Of a stretch of 64,000 nt of DNA, positions 37,523 to 45,915 are shown in pieces. The stretch is from Bacteriovoracaceae bacterium (GTDB lineage: Bacteria > Bdellovibrionota > Bacteriovoracia > Bacteriovoracales > Bacteriovoracaceae). The notes beneath the pieces were generated by a model, which did no database searches, had not been told where the DNA came from, and saw only the letters and a list, made by a program, of their open reading frames with translations. Numbering within the stretch: the first letter of the stretch is position 1; each line of letters opens with the position of its first letter. The stretch spans positions 13,438-77,437 of the forward strand of contig JAOHMI010000002.1 in NCBI GenBank assembly GCA_028101965.1, given 5' to 3'. Both the position numbers and the translations under genes were made by a program.

Positions 37523-38419
37523 CTAAATAAGAATTGTATTGTGGTAGTGGATAAAGAGATCAATGTGATTTTTAAGCATGACTGGATCTTTCGTTGTACA
37601 CCAAGACCTTCTAAATAATCTGTTGATGTTTGCCCTAAGCATGGCGTAAGAGTGGTTAATAGAAAAAAGAGGATCTCTTCTTTTTCTTTTTAACTCACCT
37701 TGACCTGTTACACAGCTTCTTCCTCCTTTGAACCTTAAATGCTTGGCATGGGGAAGGTGCTTATTTACAAAAAAGGGATAAAGTTTATGCTCATCTGATC
37801 TAATTTCAACTTGAGGGTCAAGTGAGGCTTTAATTTGATTAAATAAGTCTTCGAGTGCATTTTTATGGTTATTTTCTCTTCTTCCATACTTCTTTTTTGA
37901 TATTTTGGCTAAATGTCCAAAGGCAGGGATAGAGGCAACATGAGCTCCTAGTATCGCTCTTGAATTTGAATCAACTGCACAGCTAACGGTTAGTGGTTTT
38001 AGTTTTGTATGCTCAATTGTAATAAGATCATCAAATTGGATTCGGTTTAATCCTCTTATTTTCTTTAAGTATTCATCATGATGCATTCTAGCTTTTTTAG
38101 CTAAATAAATTAATTTTCTTTTAACGGTAATTTGATGAATATTTAAATTAAGGGCACATCTTCGCATAGACATACCTAAAGCCAGAAGTTTAAAAAGAAA
38201 AAAGTTAACTCTTCTTTTTTTTTGCCTGTATTCAAGCTCTCCGGTAGATTTGCTAAACCTCTTTCCACAATCTCTGCACCGATATCTCTGTACCTTACGA
38301 CTATCATTTTTTCTAAAATAATTACCATCTTTTTGAATATTACTTTCAATTTTAATGCACTTTAGATTTGGGCAGCCTTTAATCATATAAGCTATATTCA
38401 AATAATTTGCGAAAATCAA
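37523..38419 (-). CDS. Transposase with an N-terminal zinc ribbon, an HTH and a DDE-type core, IS1-family-like
   Basis: CPNLKC...QRYRCRDCGKRFS is a zinc ribbon like IS1 InsA. FDDLITIEH...AVDSNSRAILGAHV resembles the first catalytic Asp region. The ORF lies between the inverted repeats. Confidence 0.65.
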   Translation of the reverse strand: MIFANYLNIAYMIKGCPNLKCIKIESNIQKDGNYFRKNDSRKVQRYRCRDCGKRFSKSTGELEYRQKKRRVNFFLFKLLALGMSMRRCALNLNIHQITVKRKLIYLAKKARMHHDEYLKKIRGLNRIQFDDLITIEHTKLKPLTVSCAVDSNSRAILGAHVASIPAFGHLAKISKKKYGRRENNHKNALEDLFNQIKASLDPQVEIRSDEHKLYPFFVNKHLPHAKHLRFKGGRSCVTGQGELKRKRRDPLFSINHSYAMLRANINRLFRRSWCTTKDPVMLKNHIDLFIHYHNTILI

Positions 38420-38495
38420 TTGAATAGGTGGTTGAAAAAATTAAGAATAATTCAAATCTTTAGAAATATTTTTTTTATTAAGGAAATATTTAATT

Positions 38496-38521
38496 CACCA
38501 CTATAGTAGGGCAGTTAGTAA
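38496..38521. repeat. IS terminal inverted repeat (right)
   Basis: CACCACTATAGTAGGGCAGTTAGTAA. Its reverse complement is TTACTAACTGCCCTACTATAGTGGTG. Confidence 0.75.
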
Positions 38522-38714
38522 AGCATAAATAAAATCTAGTTATTCTGCAAACATTTCACATTCTAGGTGTTGTTTTAATTAATTTTTAATTTTTCTGATT
38601 TTTCTCCCAGTAGTCTTGGGGATGGCCATTCAAAAACTCTTTTTTATGTGACAAGGTTAGTAAACTTTTTTAAGATATTAGTGTAAAATCTCGAAATTGA
38701 AAAGAAGGTGCACC

Positions 38715-39605
38715 ATGTTAGATTGGCTCTTAGGTCTAACGCCAGAAAACATCTCCTCCTACGGGGCAGATATTGATGGCGTTATTTCAACAACCACACA
38801 AATTGTTTTTTATTGGTGGTTGGTAGCTGAAATATTATTAATTGCTTTTATCATCATGTATCGAAAGAGACCTGGTCAAAAAGCTGCTTACATAACTGGA
38901 GCAAGTTGGAAGGCCATGAGTTATGTGCTTATTCCTACTTTTTTCGTTTTACTCCTAGATATTTATTTAGATATTAAGTCGCAAAGAGTTTGGGATCATG
39001 TGAAAACGAATCTACCCAAAGCTGATATTGAAGCAAAAGTAGTGGGAATGCAGTTTTCTTGGCTTTATACGCTTCCGGGAAAAGATAACAAGCTGGGCAC
39101 TGACGACGATATTGAGACAGATGTTCTGACCTTTCCTGTTGATAAAGTTATTCATGTTCACATATCCTCCACGGATGTTCTTCATTCATTCTTTTTACCT
39201 CATATGAGATTTAAGCAAGATGCGGTTCCTGGGCGGACGATTACTGGTTGGTTTAAAGCCACAAAAACTGGAGTTTACCCTGTTTCATGTGCTGAATTAT
39301 GTGGAACCGGGCATGGGATAATGGCATCTAGCTACGAAGTTATGACTCAAGAGGATTATGATCAATGGGTGATTGAGAACTCTGAAGATGAAGAAGTCGC
39401 TTCAAATGATGTTTCAGCGGAGCCAGCGTCAGCAGGTTTTATTGAAGAAGATTATCCTGAAACTAAGATCGATCCTAAGTATAAAGAAGGTGGAGAAGAT
39501 CATACTACTTTCTCGAGAAGTGCTCCGGAAAGAAATACTGAACTCGATGGGGACGCGAGTGAAGAGAATTCTTCGAATGAAGAAGACACAGAAGACATAC
39601 AATAA
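38715..39605 (+). CDS. coxB: Cytochrome c oxidase subunit II (CuA) with an acidic C-terminal extension and no cytochrome c domain
   Basis: ORF 38697..39605, with an ATG at 38715. Two N-terminal TM helices. DVLHSFFLPHM and CAELCGTGHGIM are the CuA ligands. The roughly 75-aa tail is D/E/S-rich. Confidence 0.85.
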   Translation: MLDWLLGLTPENISSYGADIDGVISTTTQIVFYWWLVAEILLIAFIIMYRKRPGQKAAYITGASWKAMSYVLIPTFFVLLLDIYLDIKSQRVWDHVKTNLPKADIEAKVVGMQFSWLYTLPGKDNKLGTDDDIETDVLTFPVDKVIHVHISSTDVLHSFFLPHMRFKQDAVPGRTITGWFKATKTGVYPVSCAELCGTGHGIMASSYEVMTQEDYDQWVIENSEDEEVASNDVSAEPASAGFIEEDYPETKIDPKYKEGGEDHTTFSRSAPERNTELDGDASEENSSNEEDTEDIQ

Positions 39606-39634
39606 GTTGAAAAGAGATATAAAGGAAAAATAAA

Positions 39635-41299
39635 ATGGGACACGCAAAACCTAATTTTTGGAATACATATGTATTCAGTATCGATCACAAGATGATCGCT
39701 AAGCAATACTTAATTACTGGTTTACTTATGGCCGCCATGGGTGGTTTTTTTGCTTACGTTTTTCGAATGCAATTAGCTTTCCCTGGTGAAGCGGTACCTT
39801 TCTTTGGTGTTGTGGAGCCTGGAAGCTATAATTCACTTATTACTCTGCACGGTTCGATTATGATTTTTTGGGTAGGGATGCCACTTCTTCTGGGTGGATT
39901 TGGAAACTATCTCATTCCACTTATGATTGGTGCAGATGATATGGCTTTTCCTAAACTAAATGCCATGTCCTATTGGACCTACTTAGCTTCGATCGTGGTT
40001 TTAATAATCTCTTTTATAGTTCCGGACGGACCTGCTTCTGGGGGTTGGACTTTTTATCCACCACTTTCGGCTAATCCTGATTATACCGGAGTTGGGGCAG
40101 GGATTAACTTATGGATAATCGCAGTCGCTTTAGAATTTTTCTCAGTTCTCATGGGTGGGGTTAACTACTTAACCACAGTCTGTAATATGCGAGTTAAGGG
40201 TCTTTCTTTTATGAGACTTCCCATGATGATTTGGATGCAATTAATTGCGGCCATTCTATTTATGTTCTCAGTTGGACCACTTTTAGCTGGTTCAATTATG
40301 ATGCTCTTAGACCGAACCGCAGGTACTTCCTTCTTTTTACCTGCCGGTGGGGGAGATCCACTTTTATTTCAACATTTATTTTGGTTTTTTGGTCACCCTG
40401 AAGTTTATGTATTGCTTCTTCCGGCCCTTGGTGTGGTTATGGAAGTCTTACCAGTGCATGCACGTAAGCCTCTGTTTGGATACAAACTGCTTCTTTGGGC
40501 GTTTGTGGCCGCTGGTGCCTTAAGTTTTGTGGTTTGGGCTCATCATCAATTTATTTCAGGGATGGATCCTAGAATGGTTATGCCCTTTGCAGCTTTAACT
40601 TTGATCATTTCTGTTCCTTTTGCCGTTTGTATGTTTGCGCTGATTGCAACTCTGTTTAAGGGAAATATATCCTTAACCACTCCTATGCTATTTACCTTAG
40701 GAATGGTGGCAGAGTTTTTAATTGGGGGGATTACAGGGGTAATTGTTGGTGCTTCAGCTGGTGATATTTACTATCATGATACTTATTATATTATTGCTCA
40801 CTTTCATTATACGATGGTGCCCATTACAATTTTTGCTATGCTTTCAGGTGTGTACCACTGGTATCCGAAAATGTGGGGAAGAATGTATAATGAAACTTTA
40901 GGAAAGCTTCACTTTTGGTTAAGTGCTATAAGTTTCAACTTTATTTTCATTCCTCTTTTTCAAGTAGGACAAATGGGACATCATCGAAGAATTCCTGATC
41001 CAACTGAATATGAATTTTTAGTCAGTACGATGCCTTATCATAAGATCGCAACCTATGCTCTTATCGTATTATTATTAGCCCAATTTTTATTTATCTTTAA
41101 CTTTTTCTGGTCCATGTTTAAAGGTAAGAAAGTTGAATCTAATAATCCATGGCAAGCAACAACTCTTGAATGGCAATGCCCATCTCCGCCGGTTGCTCAT
41201 GGAAACTTTGTGGAAATTCCAACGGTTCACCGAGGACCATATGAGTATTCTACTCCGGAAAGAACTGAAGATTTTTATCCTCAATGGGAAAAGTCTTAA
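39635..41299 (+). CDS. coxA: Cytochrome c oxidase subunit I
   Basis: WFFGHPEVY, GMDPR, HFHY and YHWYPKM motifs. 12 or more TM helices. Confidence 0.95.
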   Translation: MGHAKPNFWNTYVFSIDHKMIAKQYLITGLLMAAMGGFFAYVFRMQLAFPGEAVPFFGVVEPGSYNSLITLHGSIMIFWVGMPLLLGGFGNYLIPLMIGADDMAFPKLNAMSYWTYLASIVVLIISFIVPDGPASGGWTFYPPLSANPDYTGVGAGINLWIIAVALEFFSVLMGGVNYLTTVCNMRVKGLSFMRLPMMIWMQLIAAILFMFSVGPLLAGSIMMLLDRTAGTSFFLPAGGGDPLLFQHLFWFFGHPEVYVLLLPALGVVMEVLPVHARKPLFGYKLLLWAFVAAGALSFVVWAHHQFISGMDPRMVMPFAALTLIISVPFAVCMFALIATLFKGNISLTTPMLFTLGMVAEFLIGGITGVIVGASAGDIYYHDTYYIIAHFHYTMVPITIFAMLSGVYHWYPKMWGRMYNETLGKLHFWLSAISFNFIFIPLFQVGQMGHHRRIPDPTEYEFLVSTMPYHKIATYALIVLLLAQFLFIFNFFWSMFKGKKVESNNPWQATTLEWQCPSPPVAHGNFVEIPTVHRGPYEYSTPERTEDFYPQWEKS

Positions 41300-41350
41300 T
41301 GGTTAATTTAAATGGATTTAAAAAGATATTTCAATTAAGGAGTTATTGAT

Positions 41351-41941
41351 ATGAGTGCGCCTATTAATCCAGAGGATATTTACGAAAAGGCTGAAGTGCC
41401 TAGTGGTCGTTTGGCCATGTGGTGGTTTTTATCCTCAGAGGTTTGTGTTTTTGGTGGTCTTCTTGCTGTTTTTGTTATGCTTCGACTTAAAAATCCAATT
41501 TGGGAAGAGTCTGCAGCTAAAACTTTAACTGTGATTGGAACGATCAATACTCTTTTACTTCTCACTTCTTCGCTTTTTATAGTTTTAGCCCATCATTACG
41601 CTGAAAAAGCTATGAAGGATATTAAGTTTAAAGAACATGCCTCCTATTACCTTGGTTTAGCAATCTTTCTTGGATTTTGCTTCTTAGGTTTTAAGTCTTT
41701 TGAATATTATAATGAACTTAGCCATGGTGTAACACCGCTTACTAACTTGTTTTGGAGCTTTTACTTCTTTATTACCGGTTTGCATGGGTTTCACGTACTG
41801 ATTGGTATATTTATAAATTTATGGGTTTGGAAAGATGTTAAACAGGGAGTGAATCTACAACGGGTTGAGATCGCTGGACTATACTGGCACTTTGTTGATG
41901 TTGTGTGGATTTTTGTTTTTCCATTATTTTACGTAGCATAA
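41351..41941 (+). CDS. coxC: Cytochrome c oxidase subunit III
   Basis: GLHGFHVLIG and YWHFVDVVWIF motifs. Confidence 0.85.
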   Translation: MSAPINPEDIYEKAEVPSGRLAMWWFLSSEVCVFGGLLAVFVMLRLKNPIWEESAAKTLTVIGTINTLLLLTSSLFIVLAHHYAEKAMKDIKFKEHASYYLGLAIFLGFCFLGFKSFEYYNELSHGVTPLTNLFWSFYFFITGLHGFHVLIGIFINLWVWKDVKQGVNLQRVEIAGLYWHFVDVVWIFVFPLFYVA

Positions 41942-41961
41942 GAATTTACAGGAGATAAATT

Positions 41962-42258
41962 ATGAGTTCAGATCACGCTGAGGGCGGACACATGGATGTA
42001 AAGCAATATGTTTATCTTTGGGTAGTACTTTTAGTTTTACTCATCGGTTCTCTTTTTGCGGGCCACTTGGGTTCCCCTTTAATGGAAAAAATTATTATCT
42101 GGGGAGTTGCGATCATTAAAACCTTGATTGTTGCTGCTTATTATATGCATCTGAAGATGGAGAAAAAGTTTATTAAATGGAGCTTTTACTTTGGTATATG
42201 CTGCGTTGTCTTTTTTGTTGCTGGCACCTATGTTGATGTTGTTATGCGAACAAACTAA
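41962..42258 (+). CDS. Small oxidase subunit IV-like membrane protein (bacterial COX4 type)
   Basis: A 98-aa protein with 3 TM helices, in the position after subunit III. YMHLK-like motif. Confidence 0.55.
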   Translation: MSSDHAEGGHMDVKQYVYLWVVLLVLLIGSLFAGHLGSPLMEKIIIWGVAIIKTLIVAAYYMHLKMEKKFIKWSFYFGICCVVFFVAGTYVDVVMRTN

Positions 42259-42279
42259 TAAAATAATTGAGGCTCTTCT

Positions 42280-42840
42280 ATGGGAACTCTGACTACTGAA
42301 AAAATTGATCGACTCGGGCGAAAAGTTCAAAGAGAAGAATCTCTTTTCGATTCGAAAACTGTTGCCCTATTTCTCATCATAGGTGCAGAAATGATGGTGT
42401 TCGCAGGCTTGCTAACAGCATTTCAAGTTTTGAAAGTAAATCAAGTCATGTGGCCTCCCTATGGAATGCCCAAATTTCCGGCCATGATTACGGGTATTAA
42501 TACAATTATTCTAATTAGTTCTGGAATATTTTTAGAAGTTTTTGTTCGAAAGAAAATGACTGCCTTCTATCTGTCATCATTGATTGCTTTAATCGCTTTC
42601 GTCAGTATTCAAGTAATTGAATGGTTTGACCTGGTTCAGTTTGGATTAGAGATTGTTGGCGGTGTTTATGGAGGAATCTACTTATTAGTGATTGGATTTC
42701 ACGCAACTCATGTGCTATTTTCTCTCGGTTGGATGTTAATACACTTTTTTAAAGGGTGGACCAATACTGAAATGCTGCGAATTTATCTGTGGTTTGTCAT
42801 TTTAGTTTGGCCGTTTGTCTATGCGATTGTTTATTTTTAA
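42280..42840 (+). CDS. Second heme-copper oxidase subunit III-like membrane protein
   Basis: GFHATHVLFSLGWML resembles the subunit III GxHxxHV motif. About 5 TM helices. Confidence 0.55.
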   Translation: MGTLTTEKIDRLGRKVQREESLFDSKTVALFLIIGAEMMVFAGLLTAFQVLKVNQVMWPPYGMPKFPAMITGINTIILISSGIFLEVFVRKKMTAFYLSSLIALIAFVSIQVIEWFDLVQFGLEIVGGVYGGIYLLVIGFHATHVLFSLGWMLIHFFKGWTNTEMLRIYLWFVILVWPFVYAIVYF

Positions 42841-43045
42841 ATTATTTTTTCTACTTTCTTCGAGTGCTCTCACGTGCCCAATGTGCTTTCAGGGCAATGG
42901 TGACACTGAAAAAGTTGTCAGCACTTATCTAAATACTACCTTTGTTTTATTGGGGCTACCTTTTCTATTTTTAATTATTGGATTTGTTCTTTATAAGAAA
43001 AGAAAAAATGCACTGAAGAGTGCTCAGCTCGAAAATCAAGCATAG
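42821..43045 (+). CDS. Small signal-anchored CxxC protein with a C-terminal TM helix
   Basis: The ATG at 42821 overlaps the end of the upstream gene. LTCPMCFQG follows the leader. The hydrophobic segment LLGLPFLFLIIGFVLY is followed by KKRK. Confidence 0.35.
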   Translation: MRLFIFKLFFLLSSSALTCPMCFQGNGDTEKVVSTYLNTTFVLLGLPFLFLIIGFVLYKKRKNALKSAQLENQA

Positions 43046-43068
43046 TTTCTTAATTTGAAATATCTAAT

Positions 43069-44091
43069 TTACAAGGATGATCCTCGATATTCAGACCCAA
43101 TATCCCCGAGATCTTCTAATAGAATCTTACTATGGGAAGTGAGAAATTCATTAAGTGTATCAAATTCTGCTTCAGGAATATTAAGTAAATTCAAATTAAT
43201 ATTGTCTTTAATATGTTCCGATAGACTTAATCTTGCTCCAATAATAACAGAAGTTGACGAATTTTGATCTAAGATAAGTTTAGACGCTATATTAGAAATG
43301 CTTGCTTTGTATTTGAAAGCAATTTTATTGAGGATACATAATAATTCTTGAAATTTCTCCCATCCACCTAAGCGGTCTATTAATTTTTTATGGACAAACT
43401 GTCCCCTGTTTAAATCTTTTTCTAATGGTTCATTTTGATTGAGCCAGCGATTAGATAAAAAGCCAGAGGCAATTGTTCCAAAAGCCAAAAGGTGTATATT
43501 ATGGTGGTAACAGTATTCAAGCATTTCCGTTTTTACTCTGGCATCTGTTAATGAGAACCGTACTTGATGGGAAGTAATTTTATAGCCTTTCTCAATTATT
43601 TTCTTCAAACTTTCTAAACTGAAATTTGTTAAACCAATCTGATCGATTTTTCCTTTTTCGTTAAGCTTTTGAAGATTATCAAGCGCTTTGTATAAGCGCG
43701 GATCTTCATAATCCCACCAATGAAATTGAAGCAGGTCTATCTTTTCAACATTCATTCTTTTTAAAGAAATGTCGATTTGATCCTCAACATACTTAAGGCT
43801 ATAGTCGACATTTAAAGTCCATCTAGTTTTTAAATCCGTCGGCACCCACTTTGTGAACGCTTTTAATTTAGATAACTCATTTTCTCCATCGCGTTCCAGA
43901 ATAATTTTTCTTAGTTCTCCAATGAAATCTTCCGCTGGCCCGTAATGATCTGCAAGATCCCACTGGTGAAACCCAGATTTAAAGTATCGATACATCTCTT
44001 CAACTGCATGAGAATTGTCTATCTTTCCATGGCCTCCAGAAACTTGCCACATTCCAATAATAGTTGGTGCAAAAGATTTTTCTATTTCCAT
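43069..44091 (-). CDS. Aldo/keto reductase family oxidoreductase
   Basis: IGMWQVSGGHG, DLADHYGPAEDFIGE, LLQFHWWD and GLTNF are AKR signatures. Confidence 0.85.
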   Translation of the reverse strand: MEIEKSFAPTIIGMWQVSGGHGKIDNSHAVEEMYRYFKSGFHQWDLADHYGPAEDFIGELRKIILERDGENELSKLKAFTKWVPTDLKTRWTLNVDYSLKYVEDQIDISLKRMNVEKIDLLQFHWWDYEDPRLYKALDNLQKLNEKGKIDQIGLTNFSLESLKKIIEKGYKITSHQVRFSLTDARVKTEMLEYCYHHNIHLLAFGTIASGFLSNRWLNQNEPLEKDLNRGQFVHKKLIDRLGGWEKFQELLCILNKIAFKYKASISNIASKLILDQNSSTSVIIGARLSLSEHIKDNINLNLLNIPEAEFDTLNEFLTSHSKILLEDLGDIGSEYRGSSL

Positions 44092-44278
44092 TACTTGATC
44101 CTTGTACTTATTAAATTATCAAATATCATATAATTAAAAAATATATTTTAATTATTTTTTTAATTGATTATTAATAATTAATAAGAAGAAGGAATAAGAT
44201 TATTTAGAAAGATAAAGTTAATTGGAGGAGCAAGATAAAGTTCTTGCCCCTTTTGTAAATTTATTATTATTATTAATA

Positions 44279-44953
44279 TTAATTTAACTTTCTAATAGAT
44301 AGTTGGCCTCTATAACTAACTTCAACGGTGCAATCTTCTGCGATTTTAGTTACAGTAACATTTCGTCTACGGCCATTAACACTCATTTTAATTCTTTGTC
44401 CGACATACACTCCTTCACATTGTGCGGCGATTAGTTGTGCCATTTGTCCAAGTGATGTGTCTGTGGCCATAAGAATTTGTGATTGCGTACTAAGAAGATC
44501 AATCGAAGTATACTGATTTCCGACTATTCCAGTTGCATAGCAATCTGCCGAGACCTGATCGATTTTCATAAAGAGGGACTGCCCACTTTTTTGAGTAAGT
44601 ATAACGGATCCCACTGCAATATCTGGGCAGACTGCTACTGGAGGTTGAACAGGTGGAGGATTATGCGGTGGAAATGGGTTATGGTTTCCTGGGTTGTTTC
44701 CAGGGTGATGTCCAGGCCCCGAATGGTTTGACCTTTTAAATGAAAACCATGCCTGCTCAAGGGAGGCATCAAGTTGCTCGAGTTTTAGAAGTGAGAGTTT
44801 TTCATGACGACGTGACTCTGTAATGAGTCTATTGAGATGGTCCATTTTACTTTCAATACTTTGCAATAGCTCATAATAATCTTTTTGTTGAGCAAAGCTA
44901 GAGAATGAAAAAAGTGTACAGAGAACCATTAAAGAAACAGATTTGACTTTCAT
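44279..44953 (-). CDS. Secreted protein: coiled coil, His/Pro/Asn-rich linker and a 4-Cys C-terminal domain
   Basis: Signal peptide MKVKSVSLMVLCTLFSFSSFA. Linker HSGPGHHPGNNPGNHNPFPPHNPPPVQPPV. Confidence 0.45.
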   Translation of the reverse strand: MKVKSVSLMVLCTLFSFSSFAQQKDYYELLQSIESKMDHLNRLITESRRHEKLSLLKLEQLDASLEQAWFSFKRSNHSGPGHHPGNNPGNHNPFPPHNPPPVQPPVAVCPDIAVGSVILTQKSGQSLFMKIDQVSADCYATGIVGNQYTSIDLLSTQSQILMATDTSLGQMAQLIAAQCEGVYVGQRIKMSVNGRRRNVTVTKIAEDCTVEVSYRGQLSIRKLN

Positions 44954-45256
44954 AAAATACCCCTTTGGTGACTAAGTCCTACCTGGACTCAATAGGGAAG
45001 TATCAAAAATAAATTCTCATTGTCCTTAGAAATGTTGTGCAATAGAAATATTTACTTGGAGTCAAAATGGCATAACATCTAGGAATTTCTAATGAAAAAT
45101 GTCTAAGGATGATAAGAGCTATGCATCGTAAATGTATTTATAGTTATTTCGGATGTTAGTTTGATTCATAAAAAATTTGTAGGGTTCGGTTTTAAATATT
45201 TTATTAGTAAGGAAATTATTGAATAACTTATCTTAATTAAATAAAGGGAGCTTCTT

Positions 45257-45661
45257 ATGAAAATTGTTTTAGGGTTAATGTTTACTTTGCTTACTTCATT
45301 AAATGCACAAACAATAGAAGAAAAATGCAAGTTATTTGAAGATAAGGTACAATTTGAAAAAAATCTTGGAACAACTAATTGTGGAAACTCTATTACCTTA
45401 TTGGCATGGACTTCAAGTGAAGTAGTTGAAGGAAACAAATGTAAAATCACAGTTAAGCTTGAAGAGATGTGGACTGAAATGCAATGTCCTGAAAGATTAG
45501 AGGATAAGCAGCGAGCGAGGATTTTTGCAACATTTAAAAGACCTTTTGTTAATCGTAAGTTTAATCGTTTATGTAAAATAATAAATTTTCAAAGAATTCA
45601 AAAAGGTAAAGATAAGTATGGAGATCGATATATTGTTTGTTCTAAAAGATTGAAAGAATAA
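45257..45661 (+). CDS. Small secreted basic Cys-containing protein
   Basis: Signal peptide MKIVLGLMFTLLTSLNA. Confidence 0.4.
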   Translation: MKIVLGLMFTLLTSLNAQTIEEKCKLFEDKVQFEKNLGTTNCGNSITLLAWTSSEVVEGNKCKITVKLEEMWTEMQCPERLEDKQRARIFATFKRPFVNRKFNRLCKIINFQRIQKGKDKYGDRYIVCSKRLKE

Positions 45662-45915
45662 TATAGGAATTCAGTTTCTTTCATTAATATATGGTCAAGG
45701 GATATAGGTTTATTCTGTTTTGAAGTAGTAGTGTCTCTTTTGAGACGGTATTTAATTCAATAGTACTCTTTAATAAGCATTTTTTCTTCGTTGAAATTAA
45801 TCTAGGTCAATATAGAGACTGACAATTGGTCGTTTCCCCCTGCAAATATTTCAAAATAAATCGGTTTATTTCTATTTCAGGATAAGGAAGAAAAGTTCTT
45901 TAATCAGGAGGGTGT

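Larger units (their letters stand above)
37440..38521 (-). mobile_element. Insertion sequence (IS1-like organisation) of 1082 bp with terminal inverted repeats and one intact transposase ORF
   Basis: The left end TTACTAACTGCCCTAC (37440-37455) is the exact reverse complement of the right end GTAGGGCAGTTAGTAA (38506-38521). The similarity continues inward (..TATGGTGG versus ..TATAGTGG) across a 3-nt indel. Confidence 0.7.

Noticed and set aside
37400-37618. 72-aa plus-strand ORF spanning the IS left inverted repeat
   Set aside because: It crosses the IS boundary and runs antisense to the transposase 3' end. It is most likely spurious.
37431-38530. Target-site duplication flanking the IS
   Set aside because: I compared the flanks at 2 to 11 nt and found no matching direct repeat, so I report it as absent rather than claiming one.
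39373-39706. Three overlapping ORFs (39373..39633 on plus, 39429..39647 and 39500..39706 on minus) over the coxB tail and coxA start
   Set aside because: These are alternate-frame or antisense readings of the GA-rich acidic-tail coding region. The coxB and coxA frames carry unmistakable motifs.
43055-43267. 70-aa plus-strand ORF at the 3' end of the aldo/keto reductase gene
   Set aside because: It is antisense to a well-supported AKR frame and has no motif or RBS.
44230-44247. Hairpin GCAAGA-N6-TCTTGC between the AKR gene and the Pro/His-rich protein gene, considered as a terminator
   Set aside because: The stem is only 6 bp. There is no T-tract on the strand where a gene ends, so it is not convincing.
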